A stretch of 64,000 nucleotides of DNA. Origin: Pristiophorus japonicus. Lineage: Eukaryota. Below are positions 26,017-40,589 of this stretch, piece after piece. The notes under the pieces were generated by a model. It made no database searches, was not told the origin of the DNA, and worked only from the letters and a program-made list of their open reading frames with translations. Numbering within the stretch: the first letter of the stretch is position 1; each line of letters starts with the position of its first letter. The position numbers and the translations under genes are program-made. The stretch spans positions 5,456,001 through 5,520,000 of the forward strand of contig NC_091999.1 in NCBI RefSeq assembly GCF_044704955.1. Direction: 5' to 3'.

Positions 26017-29000
26017 GTTCCCGCTCACTGGGCAATGGAGATCCGGCACTGTCCCCACACATTGTTCCTCACTCACTGGGCAATGGGAGCCCGCACTGTC
26101 CCCACACATTGTTCCTCACTCACTGGGCAATGGGAGCCCGCACTGTCACCACACATTGTTCACACTCACTGGGCAATGGGAGCTCGCACTGTCACCACAC
26201 ATTGTTCACACTCACTGGGCAATGGGAGCTCGCACTGTCCCCACACATTGCTCACACTCACTGGGCAATGGGAGCTCGCACTGTCCCCACACATTGTTCA
26301 CACTCACTGGGCAATGGGAGCTCGCACTGTCCCCACACATTGTTCACACTCACTGGGCAATGGGAGCTCGCACTGTCCCCACACATTGTTCACACTCACT
26401 GGGCAATGGGAGCTCGCACTGTCCCCACACATTGTTCACACTCACTGGGCAATGGAGACCCGCACTGTCCCCACACATTGTTCACACTCACTGGGCAATG
26501 GGAACCCGCACTGTCCCCATACATTGTTCACACTCACTGGGCAATGGGAGCCCGCACTGTCCCCACACATTGTTCACACTCACTGAGCAATGGAGATCCG
26601 CATTGTCCCCACACACTGTTCACACTCACTGGGCAATGGGAACACGCACTGTCCCCACACATTGTTCACACTCACTGGGCAATGGGAGCTCGCACTGTCC
26701 CCACACATTGTTCACACTCACTGGGCAATGGGAGCTCGCACTGTCCCCACACATTGTTCACACTCACTGGGCAATGGAGACCCGCACTGTCCCCACACAT
26801 TGTTCACACTCACTGGGCAATGGGAACCCGCACTGTCCCCATACATTGTTCACACTCACTGGGCAATGGGAGCTCGCACTGTCCCCACACATTGTTCACA
26901 CTCACTGGGCAATGGGAACCTGCACTGTCCCCACACATTGTTCACACTCACTGGGCAATGGGAGCTCGCACTGTCCCCACACGTTGTTCACACTCACTGG
27001 GCAATGGGAGCTCGCACTGTCCCCACACATTGTTCACACTCACTGGGCAATGGGAGCTCGCACTGTCCCCACACATTGTTCACACTCACTGGGCAATGGG
27101 AGCTCGCACTGTCCCCACACATTGTTCACACTCACTGGGCAATGGGAACCCGCACTGTCCCCACACATTGTTCCTCACTCACTGGGCAATGGGAGCTCGC
27201 ACTGTCCCCACACATTGTTCACACTCACTGGGCAATGTAAGCCCGCACTGACCCCACACACTGTTCACACTCACTGGGCAATGGAGATCCGCACTGTCCC
27301 CACACATTGTTGACACTCACTGGGCAATGTAAGCCCGCACTGTCACCACACATTGCTCACACTCACTGGGCAATGTAAGCCCGCACTGTCCCCACACATT
27401 GTTCCTCACTCACTGGGCAATGTAAGCCCGCACTGTCACCACACATTGTTCACACTCACTGGGCAATGGGAGCCCGCACTGTCCCCACACATTGTTCACA
27501 CTCACTGGGCAATGGGAGCCCGCACTGTCACCACACATTGTTCACACTCACTGGGCAATGGAGATCCGCACTGTCCCCACACGTTGTTCACACTCACTGG
27601 GCAATGACCGCACTGTCCCCACACATTGTTCACACTCACTGGGCAATGACCGCACTGTCCCCACACATTGTTCACACTCACTGGGCAATGGGAGCCCGCA
27701 CTGTCCCCACACATTGTTCACACTCACTGGGCAATGACCGCACTGTCCCCACACATTGTTCACACTCACTGGGCAATGGGAGCCCGCACTGTCCCCACAC
27801 ATTGTTCACACTCACTGGGCAATGGAGATCCGCACTGTCCCCACACATTGTTCACACTCACTGGGCAATGGAGATCCGCATTGTCCCCACACATTGTTCA
27901 CACTCACTGGGCAATGGAGACCCGCACTGTCCCCATACATTGTTCACACTCGCTGGGCAATGGGAGCTCGCACTGTCCCCACACGTTGTTCACACTCACT
28001 GGGCAATGGGAGCTCGCACTGTCCCCACACATTGTTCACACTCACTGGGCAATGGAGATCCGCACTGTCCCCGTACATTGTTCACACTCACTGGGCAATG
28101 GGAGCTCGCACTGTCCCCACACATTGTTCACACTCACTGGGCAATGGGAGCTCGCACTGTCCCCACACATTGTTCACACTCACTGGGCAATGGGAGCTCG
28201 CACTGTCCCCACACATTGTTCACACTCACTGGGCAATGGAGATCCGCACTGTCCCCACACATTGTTCACACTCACTGGGCAATGACCGCACTGTCCCCAC
28301 ACATTGTTCACACTCACTGGGCAATGGGAGCCCGCACTGTCCCCACACATTGTTCACACTCACTGGGCAATGACCGCACTGTCCCCACACATTGTTCACA
28401 CTCACTGGGCAATGGGAGCCCGCACTGTCCCCACACATTGTTCACACTCACTGGGCAATGGAGATCCGCACTGTCCCCACACATTGTTCACACTCACTGG
28501 GCAATGGAGATCCGCATTGTCCCCACACATTGTTCACACTCACTGGGCAATGGAGACCCGCACTGTCCCCATACATTGTTCACACTCGCTGGGCAATGGG
28601 AGCTCGCACTGTCCCCACACGTTGTTCACACTCACTGGGCAATGGGAGCTCGCACTGTCCCCACACATTGTTCACACTCACTGGGCAATGGAGATCCGCA
28701 CTGTCCCCGTACATTGTTCACACTCACTGGGCAATGGGAGCTCGCACTGTCCCCACACATTGTTCACACTCACTGGGCAATGGGAGCTCGCACTGTCCCC
28801 ACACATTGTTCACACTCACTGGGCAATGGGAGCTCGCACTGTCCCCACACATTGTTCACACTCACTGGGCAATGGAGATCCGCACTGTCCCCACACATTG
28901 TTCACACTCACTGGGCAATGGGAGCTCGCACTGTCCCCACACATTGTTCACACTCACTGGGCAATGGGAGCTCGCACTGTCCCCACACATTGTTCACACT

Positions 29001-32000
29001 CACTGGGCAATGGAGATCCGCACTGACCCCACACATTGTTCACACTCACTGGGCAATGGGAGCTCGCACTGTCCCCACACATTGTTCACACTCACTGGGC
29101 AATGGGAGCTCGCACTGTCCCCACACATTGTTCACACTCACTGGGCAATGGGAGCCCGCACTGTCCCCACACACTGTTCACACTCATCGGGGAATGTAAG
29201 CCCGCACTGTCCCCACACATTGTTCACACTCACTGGGCAATGGAGATCCGCACTGTCCCCACACATTGTTCACACTCACTGGGCAATGACCGCACTGTTC
29301 CCACACATTGTTCACACTCACTGGGCAATGGAGATCCGCACTGTCCCCACACATTGTTCACACTCACTGGGCAATGGGAGTTCGCACTGTCCCCACACAC
29401 TGTTCACACTCACTGGGCAATGTAAGCCCGCACTGTCACCACACACTGTTCACACTCACTGGGCAATGTAAGCCCGCACTGTCCCCACATATTGTTCACA
29501 CTCATTGGGTAATGGGAACCGCACTGTCCTCACACATTGTTCCCACTCACTGGGCAATGTGAGCCCGCAATGTCCCCACATTGTTCACACTCACTGGGCA
29601 ATGGGAGCCCGCACTGTTCCCACACATTGTTCCCACTCACTGGGCAATGGGAGCTCGCACTGTCCCCACACATTGTTCACACTCACTGGGCAATGGAGAT
29701 CCGCACTGTCCCCACACATTGTTCACACTCACTGGGCAATGGGAGCTCGCACTGTCCTCACACATTGTTCCCACTCACTGGGCAATGTGAGCCCGCAATG
29801 TCCCCACATTGTTCACACTCATTGGGCAATGGGAGCCCGCACTGTCCTCACACATTGTTCACACTCACTGGGCAATGGGAGCCCGCACTGTCCTCACACA
29901 TTGTTCACACTCACTGGGCAATGACCGCACTGTCCCCACACATTGTTCACACTCACTGGGCAATGACCGCACTGTCCCCACACATTGTTCACACTCACTG
30001 GGCAATGACCGCACTGTCCTCACACATTGTTCACACTCACTGGGCAATGACCGCACTGTCCCCACACATTGTTCACACTCACTGGGCAATGGAGATCCGC
30101 ACTGTCCCCACACATTGTTCACACTCATTGGGCAATGGAGATCCGCACTGTCCCCACACACTGTTCACACTCACTGGGCAATGGGAGCCCGCACTGACCC
30201 CACACATTGTTCACACTCACTGGGCAATGGAGATCCGTACTTTCCCCACACACTGTTCACACTCACTGGGCAATGGGAGCCCGCACTGACGCCACACATT
30301 GTTCACACTCACTGGGCAATGGAGACCCGCACTGTCCCCACACATTGTTCACACTCACTGGGCAATGGGAGCCCGCACTGACCCCACACATTGTTCACAC
30401 TCACTGGGCAATGGAGACCCGCACTGTCCCCACACATTGTTCACACTCACTGGGCAATGGAGATCCGCACTGTCCCCACACATTGTTCACACTCACTGGG
30501 CAATGGGAGCTCGCACTGACCCCACACATTGTTCACACTCACTGGGCAATGGAGATCCGCACTGTCCCCACACATTGTTCACACTCACTGGGCAATGGGA
30601 GCCCGCACTGTCCCCATACATTGTTCACACTCACTGAGCAATGGAGATCCGCACTGTCCCCATAAATTTTTCACACTCACTGGGCAATGGGAGCCCGCAC
30701 TGTCCCCACACATTGTTCACACTCACTGGGCAATGGGAGCCCGCACTGACCCCACACATTGTTCACACTCACTGGGCAATGGGAACCCGCACTGTCCCCA
30801 TACATTGTTCACACTCACTGGGCAATGGAGATCCGCACTGTCCCCACACATTGTTCCTCACTCACTGGGCAATGACGGCACTGTCCACATACATTGTTCA
30901 CACTCACTGGGCAATGGGAGCCCGCACTGTCCCCACACATTGTTCACACTCACTGGGCAATGGGAGCCCGCACTGTCCCCACACATTGTTCACACTCACT
31001 GGGCAATGGAGATCCGTACTTTCCCCACACACTGTTCACACTCACTGGGCTATGGGAGCCCGCACTGACCCCACACATTGTTCACATTCACTGGGCAATG
31101 GAGACCCGCACTGTCCCCACACATTGTTCACACTCACTGGGCAATGGGAGCTCGCACTGTCCCCATACATTGTTCACACTCACTGGGCAATGGGAACCCG
31201 CACTGTCCTCACACATTGTTCACACTCACTGGGCAATGGGAGCCCGCACTGTCCCCACACATTGTTCACACTCACTGGGCAATGGAGATCCGCACTGTCC
31301 CCATACATTGTTCACACTCACTGGGCAATGGGAGCCCGCACTGACCCCACACATTGTTCACACTCACTGGGCAATGGAGATCCGCACTGTCCCCATAAAT
31401 GTTTCACACTCACTGGGCAATGGGAGCCCGCACTGTCCCCACACATTGTTCACACTCACTGGGCAATGGGAGCTCGCACTGTCCCCACACATTGTTCACA
31501 CTCACTGGGCAATGGGAACCCGCACTGTCCCCACACATTGTTCACACTCACTGGGCAATGGGAGCTCGCACTGTCCCCACACGTTGTTCACACTCACTGG
31601 GCAATGGGAGCTCGCACTGTCCCCACACATTGTTCACACTCACTGGGCAATGGGAGCTCGCACTGTCCCCACACATTGTTCACACTCACTGGGCAATGGG
31701 AGCTCGCACTGTCCCCACACATTGTTCACACTCACTGGGCAATGGGAACCCGCACTGTCCCCACACATTGTTCCTCACTCACTGGGCAATGGGAGCTCGC
31801 ACTGTCCCCACACATTGTTCACACTCACTGGGCAATGTAAGCCCGCACTGACCCCACACACTGTTCACACTCACTGGGCAATGGAGATCCGCACTGTCCC
31901 CACACATTGTTGACACTCACTGGGCAATGTAAGCCCGCACTGTCACCACACATTGCTCACACTCACTGAGCAATGTAAGCCCGCACTGTCCCCACACATT

Positions 32001-34974
32001 GTTCCTCACTCACTGGGCAATGTAAGCCCGCACTGTCACCACACATTGTTCACACTCACTGGGCAATGGGAGCCCGCACTGTCCCCACACATTGTTCACA
32101 CTCACTGGGCAATGGGAGCCCGCACTGTCACCACACATTGTTCACACTCACTGGGCAATGGAGATCCGCACTGTCCCCACACGTTGTTCACACTCACTGG
32201 GCAATGACCGCACTGTCCCCACACATTGTTCACACTCACTGGGCAATGACCGCACTGTCCCCACACATTGTTCACACTCACTGGGCAATGGGAGCCCGCA
32301 CTGTCCCCACACATTGTTCACACTCACTGGGCAATGACCGCACTGTCCCCACACATTGTTCACACTCACTGGGCAATGGGAGCCCGCACTGTCCCCACAC
32401 ATTGTTCACACTCACTGGGCAATGGAGATCCGCACTGTCCCCACACATTGTTCACACTCACTGGGCAATGGAGATCCGCATTGTCCCCACACATTGTTCA
32501 CACTCACTGGGCAATGGAGACCCGCACTGTCCCCATACATTGTTCACACTCGCTGGGCAATGGGAGCTCGCACTGTCCCCACACGTTGTTCACACTCACT
32601 GGGCAATGGGAGCTCGCACTGTCCCCACACATTGTTCACACTCACTGGGCAATGGAGATCCGCACTGTCCCCATACATTGTTCACACTCACTGGGCAATG
32701 GGAGCTCGCACTGTCCCCACACATTGTTCACACTCACTGGGCAATGGGAGCTCGCACTGTCCCCACACATTGTTCACACTCACTGGGCAATGGGAGCTCG
32801 CACTGTCCCCACACATTGTTCACACTCACTGGGCAATGGAGATCCGCACTGTCCCCACACATTGTTCACACTCACTGGGCAATGGGAGCTCGCACTGTCC
32901 CCACACATTGTTCACACTCACTGGGCAATGGGAGCTCGCACTGTCCCCACACATTGTTCACACTCACTGGGCAATGGAGATCCGCACTGACCCCACACAT
33001 TGTTCACACTCACTGGGCAATGGGAGCTCGCACTGTCCCCACACATTGTTCACACTCACTGGGCAATGGGAGCTCGCACTGTCCCCACACATTGTTCACA
33101 CTCACTGGGCAATGGGAGCCCGCACTGTCCCCACACACTGTTCACACTCATCGGGGAATGTAAGCCCGCACTGTCCCCACACATTGTTCACACTCACTGG
33201 GCAATGGAGATCCGCACTGTCCCCACACATTGTTCACACTCACTGGGCAATGACCGCACTGTTCCCACACATTGTTCACACTCACTGGGCAATGGAGATC
33301 CGCACTGTCCCCACACATTGTTCACACTCACTGGGCAATGGGAGCTCGCACTGTCCCCACACACTGTTCACACTCACTGGGCAATGTAAGCCCGCACTGT
33401 CACCACACACTGTTCACACTCACTGGGCAATGTAAGCCCGCACTGTCCCCACATATTGTTCACACTCATTGGGTAATGGGAACCGCACTGTCCTCACACA
33501 TTGTTCCCACTCACTGGGCAATGTGAGCCCGCAATGTCCCCACATTGTTCACACTCACTGGGCAATGGGAGCCCGCACTGTTCCCACACATTGTTCCCAC
33601 TCACTGGGCAATGGGAGCTCGCACTGTCCCCACACATTGTTCACACTCACTGGGCAATGGAGATCCGCACTGTCCCCACACATTGTTCACACTCACTGGG
33701 CAATGGGAGCTCGCACTGTCCTCACACATTGTTCCCACTCACTGGGCAATGTGAGCCCGCAATGTCCCCACATTGTTCACACTCATTGGGCAATGGGAGC
33801 CCGCACTGTCCTCACACATTGTTCACACTCACTGGGCAATGGGAGCCCGCACTGTCCTCACACATTGTTCACACTCACTGGGCAATGACCGCACTGTCCC
33901 CACACATTGTTCACACTCACTGGGCAATGGGAGCCCGCACTGACCCCACACATTGTTCACACTCACTGGGCAATGGGAACCCGCACTGTCCCCATACATT
34001 GTTCACACTCACTGGGCAATGGAGATCCGCACTGTCCCCACACATTGTTCCTCACTCACTGGGCAATGACGGCACTGTCCACATACATTGTTCACACTCA
34101 CTGGGCAATGGGAGCCCGCACTGTCCCCACACATTGTTCACACTCACTGGGCAATGGGAGCCCGCACTGTCCCCACACATTGTTCACACTCACTGGGCAA
34201 TGGAGATCCGTACTTTCCCCACACACTGTTCACACTCACTGGGCTATGGGAGCCCGCACTGACCCCACACATTGTTCACATTCACTGGGCAATGGAGACC
34301 CGCACTGTCCCCACACATTGTTCACACTCACTGGGCAATGGGAGCTCGCACTGTCCCCATACATTGTTCACACTCACTGGGCAATGGGAACCCGCACTGT
34401 CCTCACACATTGTTCACACTCACTGGGCAATGGGAGCCCGCACTGTCCCCACACATTGTTCACACTCACTGGGCAATGGAGATCCGCACTGTCCCCATAC
34501 ATTGTTCACACTCACTGGGCAATGGGAGCCCGCACTGACCCCACACATTGTTCACACTCACTGGGCAATGGAGATCCGCACTGTCCCCATAAATGTTTCA
34601 CACTCACTGGGCAATGGGAGCCCGCACTGTCCCCACACATTGTTCACACTCACTTGGCAATGGGAACCCGCACTGTCCTCACACACTGTTCACACTCACT
34701 GGGCAATGGGAACCCGCACTGTCCCCATACATTGTTCCCACTCACTGGGCAATGGAGATCCGCACTGTCCCCACACATTGTTCCTCACTCACTGGGCAAT
34801 GACGGCACTGTCCCCACACATTGTTCCCACTCACTGGGCAATGGGAGCCCGCACTGTCCCCACACATTGTTCACACTCACTGGGCAATGGGAACCCGCAC
34901 TGTCCTCACACACTGTTCACACTCACTGGGCAATGGGAGCCCGCACTGTCCCCACACACTGTTCCCCACTCACA
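26017..34974. repeat. 46-bp tandem satellite (~195 units, with 42- to 47-bp variants)
   Basis: Consensus CACTCACTGGGCAATGGGAGCTCGCACTGTCCCCACACATTGTTCA repeated head to tail. Variation is concentrated in the GGAGCTC/GAGATCC/TAAGCCC/ACC core. Confidence 0.98.
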
Positions 34975-34978
34975 GTGG

Positions 34979-36020
34979 ATTAGGATAAAATTAGATGAAT
35001 AGCTTGTCAGAGCTCAAAATAGAAAAGTCACTTGTTCCTGATGGGATGCATCCTAGCTTAGTGAGGGGGACAAGGATGGAAATAGCGGCGGATCTGATCA
35101 AAGTTTTTGAAACTTTTTGGATAAAGGAGAGTTTGTGAAAACTGGAGGATTGCAAATGTCACACACTCTTCAAAAGAGGACATTGCGTTTACCCGTTAAC
35201 TGCAGGCCAGTCAGCCTAACATCGATGGCAGGAAAGTTTCTTGTGAACAAAATCCCGGACAACCTTAATTGTCACTTGGAAGAACATGGGTTACTAAATG
35301 ACAGCCAACACGGATTTGTAAAAGTCAAATCGTGTCTGACAAACTTGATTAAGTACCTCGATGAAATCATGGAGAATGCTGATCAAGATAACGCGCTTGA
35401 TGTGAATGTGGACTTTGAAAAGCTGTTGAATAAAATGCCGTGCAATAGACTTGTTTGAAAAATGCAAGTCCATGGTCTTAAAGAGTCAGTGGCAGAATGG
35501 CTACAAACTTAGCCAATGACAGAAGGCAGAGAGTAGCGGCGAACAGTTATTTTTCAGATTGGGGCACATTTACAGCGGTGTCCCAGGTGGCGGTATTAGC
35601 ATCACTACTTTTTTGGTGGACAGTAATCAACTGTACTTAGCTGTAGGGAGATAATTTGAAAGTTTGCAGATGAGACAAAACTTGGAAATATAGCAAAATG
35701 TGAAGCAGACGCCTGGAGGACATAGACGACTGGTGACTTGGGCAGACACATGGCAAATGGAATTTAGTGCAGGGAAGCATGAAGTGATGCTTATTGGTTG
35801 AAGCATTAGGAGACACAGTATTATCTAAATGGTAAAATTTTAAAGGAACTGCAGGAACAGAGACCACAGCGTAAAGGTACACATATCTTTGAAGGAGGCA
35901 AGACAAGTTGATAAGGCTGTTAAAAAAGCATACAGTAATCTGGGCTTTACAAATAGAGGCACCGTGTAAGAGAACAAGGAAGTTATGCAAACCTTTTCTA
36001 AATCAGTGATTAGGCCTTGC
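34979..36020 (+). mobile_element. Old degenerate CR1 fragment
   Basis: RPVSLTS, SQHGFVK and SCLTNLI with multiple stops. Confidence 0.8.
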
Positions 36021-36334
36021 AATGCCAAGCTTGGACCTGACCCATTATCATTTTCTTTGTTTGAACGTTATCCAGAATATTACACTGTCCTGGGTATGTT
36101 TACAAACAGCAGAATTCAACCCCTGCAGTCAACTGTAAACTCGTGGTGTATCAACAATTGGCATGAATGAATAAATCCCACGTCACCATAGAACATTTCA
36201 TTAGTTTCTATCCCTTATGAAGATACTGATGTGTGAGCACATGGGAGGACTAGTTAAAACATTTCCCCCATATGGAGCAGGTGAACAGCCTTTCCCCATC
36301 GTGAGTTTGCTGCAGGGATGGGTAATTGAATCCC

Positions 36335-36660
36335 TTCCACCCTTTCTCCTCCCCTGAGTATTGTGACTCTGGCTGGATTGAGTTCTACACTCACTGGTGC
36401 CCCTGTCTTGCCTCCCCCCTGAAGTTTATGACTCTGGTTGGGTTCAGTGCTACACGACTGGTTCCCATCTCTCTCCTCCCCTGAAGGTGCTTATTCTGGC
36501 TGGGTTCAGTTCTACACTCACTGGTTCCCCTCCCTCTTAACCCCTAGATTTTATGACTCTGGTTGGATTCAGTTCTCCACTCACTGGTTCCCCTCCTTCT
36601 TCTCCCCTGAAGGTGTTGACTCTGCCTGGGTTCAGTTCGACACTCACCGGTTTCTCTCCA
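36335..36660. repeat. Minisatellite, ~63-bp unit, ~5 copies
   Basis: Recurring CCCCTGAAG..GACTCTGG.TGG.TTCAGTTCTACACTCACTGGTTCCC. Confidence 0.8.
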
Positions 36661-36949
36661 ATATGTGACCATGTGGCCAATCTCCATGTGTGAACCTCGA
36701 CAGTGAGTGTTGACAGGCTTCTGTCCTCACCTGATGCCTCACATGTGCATTTTACAGCAGGGTCACTGGGCCCTCCTCGCAATGGCTCAGTCGGTAGAGG
36801 CACCGCTACTGAGTCATAGAAACAGGTGTGGGCCATTCAACTCCGAGTGTTGGTTCCATCACTCAATTTGATGAGGGCCAATGTGTAGCTCAAGTCCAAT
36901 TAACTGTATTTGCTCCATATCCCTTGATGCCCTTACCTAATTATGTATC

Positions 36950-37388
36950 GCAGTGGCTCAGTGGGAATCACTCTTGCCTCTGCGTCAGAAGGTTGTGGAT
37001 TCAAGTCCCATTCCAGAGACTTATGTGCAAATATATAGGCTGACAATCCAGGCTGAAGGAGTGCTGCACTGTAGCAAGGACTGACTTTCAACGGAGATGT
37101 GAAACCAAGGACCCGTCTGCTCTTTCAGGTGGATTTGAAATTTACCATGGCATCATTTGAAGAAGGGCAAGGGAGTTATCCTTGGTGTACTGGTCAATAT
37201 TTATCCCTCAATCAACATCAGATTAAGAGATTATCTGCTCATTGTCAGATTGCTGTTTGTGGGAGTTTGCTGTGTGCAATTTCGCTGCTGCATTTCCTAC
37301 ATTACTACAGTCACTACACTTCAAAAGTACTTCATTGGCTGTAGAGCCTTTTGGCGCGTCCTGAGGTCGTGAAAAGCACCATATAAAT
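36950..37388 (+). mobile_element. tRNA-derived SINE (SacSINE1/DeuSINE-like)
   Basis: A-box GTGGCTCAGTGG and B-box-like GATTCAAGTCC. Body is homologous to copies near 44.8, 48.3-48.8, 51.3-51.7 and 56.6 kb. Confidence 0.75.
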
Positions 37389-37530
37389 TAATTTCTTTCC
37401 ACTTGTAATAAAAAATTTCGTCTCAATCTCGGAAGCTCCAATTGACCCCGAGCATTTGCAGCCATTTGGGGGAGTAAGTTCAGAGATTCACTACCCATTG
37501 TGAGAAAAGTGCTTCCTGATTTCACTCCCG

Positions 37531-40056
37531 AACATAGAAACATAGAAACATAGAAAATAGGTGCAGGAGCAGGCCATTCAGCCCTTCTAGCCTGCACCGC
37601 CATTCAATGAGTTCATGGCTGAACATGCAACTTCAGTACCTCCTTCCTGCTTTCACGCCATACCCCTTGATCCCCCGAGTTGTAAGGACTTCATCTAACT
37701 CCCTTTTGAATATATTTAGTGAATTGGCCTCAACTACTTTCTGTGGTAGAGAATTCCACAGGTTCACCACTCTCTGGGTGAAGAAGTTTCTCCTTATCTC
37801 CATCCTAAATGGCTTACCCCTTATCCTTAGACTGTGACCTCTGGTTCTGGACTTCCCCAACATTGGGAACATTCTTCCTGCATCCAACCTGTCCAAACCC
37901 GTCAGAATTTTAAACGTTTCTATGAGATCCCCTCTCATTCTTCTGAACTCCAGTGAATACAAGCCCAGTTGATCCAGTCTTTCTTGATAGGTCAGTCCCA
38001 CCATCCCGGGAATCAGTCTGGTGAATCTTCGCTGCACTCCCTCAATAGCAAGAATGTCCTTCCTCAAGTTAGGAGACCAAAACTGCACACAATACTCCAG
38101 GTGTGGCCTCACCAAGGCCCTGTACAACTGTAGCAACACCTCCCTGCCCCTGTACTCAAATCCCCTCGCTATGAAGGCCAACATGCCATTTGCTTTCTTA
38201 ACCGCCTGCTGTACCTGCATGCCAACCTTCAATGACTGATGTACCATGACACCCAGGTCTCGTTGCACCTTCCCTTTTCCTAATCTGTCACCATTCAGAT
38301 AATAGTCTGTCTCTCTGTTTTTATGACCAAAGTGGATAATCTCACATTTATCCACATTATACTTCATCTGCCACGCATTTGCCCACTCACCTAACCTATC
38401 CAAGTCACTCTGCAGCCTCATAGCATCCTCCTCGCAGCTCACACTGCCACCCAACTTAGTGTCATCCGCAAATTTGGAGATACTACATTTAATCCCCTCG
38501 TCTAAATCATTAATGTACAATGTAAACAACTGGGGCACCAGCACAGAACCCTGCGGTACCCCACTAGTCACTGCCTGCCATTCCGAAAAGTACCCATTTA
38601 CTCCTACTCTTTGCTTCCTGTCTGACAACCAGTTCTCAATCCACGTCAGCACACTACCCCCAATCCCATGTGCTTTAACTTTGCACATTAATCTCCTGTG
38701 TGGGACCTTGTCGAAAGCCTTCTGAAAGTCCAAATATACCACATCAACTGGTACTCCTTTGTTCACTTTATTGGAAACATCCTCAAAAAATTCCAGAAGA
38801 TTTGTCAAGCATGATCTCCCTTTTACAAATCCATGCTGACTTGGACCTATCATGTCACCATTTTCCAAATGCGCTGCTATGACATCCTTAATAATTGATT
38901 CCATCATTTTACCCACTACTGAGGTCAGGCTGACCGGTCTATAATTCCCTGCTTTCTCTCTCCCTCCTTTTTTAAAAAGTGGGGTTACATTGGCTACCCT
39001 CCACTCCATAGGAACTGATCCAGAGTCAATGGAATGTTGGAAAATGACTGTCAATGCATCCGCTATTTCCAAGGCCACCTCCTTAAGTACTCTGGGATGC
39101 AGTCCATCAGGCCCTGGGGATTTATCGGCCTTCAATCCCATCAATTTCCCCAACACAATTTCCCGACTAATAAAGATTTCCCTCAGTTCCTCCTCCTTAC
39201 TAGACCCTCTGATCACTTTTATATCCGAAAGGTTGTTTGTGTCCTCCTTAGTGAATACTGAACCAAAGTACTTGTTCAATTGGTCTGCCATTTCTTTGTT
39301 CCCCGTTATGACTTCCCCTGATTCTGACTGCAGGGGATCTACGTTTGTCTTTACTAACCTTTTTCTCTTTACATACCTATAGAAACTTTTGCAATCCGCT
39401 TTAATGTTCCCTGCAAGCTTCTTCTCGTACTCCATTTTCCCTGCCCTAATCAAACCCTTTGTCCTCCTCTGCTGAGTTCTAAATTTCTCCCAGTCCCCAG
39501 GTTCGCTGCTATTTCTGGCCAATTTGTATGCCACTTCCTTGGCTTTAATACTGTCCCTGATTTCCCTTGATAGCCACGGTTGAGCCACCTTCCCTTTTTT
39601 ATTTTTACGCCAGACAGGAATGTACAATTGTTGTAATTCATCCATGCGGTCTCTAAATGTCTGCCATTGCCCATCCACAGTCAACCCCTTAAGTATCATT
39701 AGCCAATCTATCTTGGCCAATTCATGCCTCATACCTTCAAAGTTACCCTTCTTTAAGTTCTGGACCATGGTCTCTGAATTAACTGTTTCATTCTCCATCC
39801 TAATGCAGAATTCCACCATATTATGGTCACTCTTCCCCAAGGGGCCTCGCACAATGAGATTGCTAATTAATCCTCTCTCATTACACAACACCCAGTCTAA
39901 GATGGCCTCCCCCCTAGTTGGTTCCTCGACATATTGGTCTAGAAAACCATCCCTTATGCACTCCAGGAAATCCTCCTCCATCGTATTGCTTCCAGTTTGG
40001 CTGGTCCAATCTATGTGCATATTAAAGTCACCCATTATAACTGCTGCACCTTTATT
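37531..40056 (-). mobile_element. CR1 LINE, 5'-truncated, with an uninterrupted 800-aa ORF2
   Basis: ORF 37633-40035 runs from MGDFN through RT (FADD) to the C-terminus without stops. Tail is (CATAGAAA)n on the + strand. Confidence 0.97.
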
Positions 40057-40589
40057 GAACCACCTAGATCTTATTTTAATATGGTGATCGTTTGTTCAGG
40101 ATTCATCAGGAAATAGTTTATTTTATTTGTCCCCGATCGAAGCCCTTTATAACTTAAACACTTCGATTAGATTCCAACCCTCAACCCCCCTAACCTCAAA
40201 GGTCAGTGGATGTCTGTGAGTGACTGGCCCGCTGTGGCAACTGAACCAGTTGGCACATGAAGGGTCTGAAGTCAATACCCACGCCCCCTGTAGGGGCTGG
40301 AACACCGGTTCCTGTGGGCGCTGGACTCACGGACACTGCAGGGACTGGAGCCATGATCCCTGTTGGGATTGGATCCATAAACTCTCTTGGAACTGGACCC
40401 CTGACACCTGTTGGTACTGCAATCTTGATCCCTGTTGGGAATGGACACCGACCCATGTTCGGACTGGAGCCCTGATCCCTGTTGAGACTGGACTCCCGGG
40501 TGCTGCTGGGACTGGACCACCAAGGCCCTGTTGGGACTGGAGCCCCGGCCACTTTTGGAAATGGACCCCTTTTCCTCTTCTTTTCTATG

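Noticed and set aside
26017-34974. Long His/Thr-rich ORFs (up to 577 aa), or a CRISPR-like array
   Set aside because: The 46-bp unit is stop-free on the + strand, so ORFs appear in all three frames as an artefact. There are no unique spacers or cas genes, and the context is eukaryotic.
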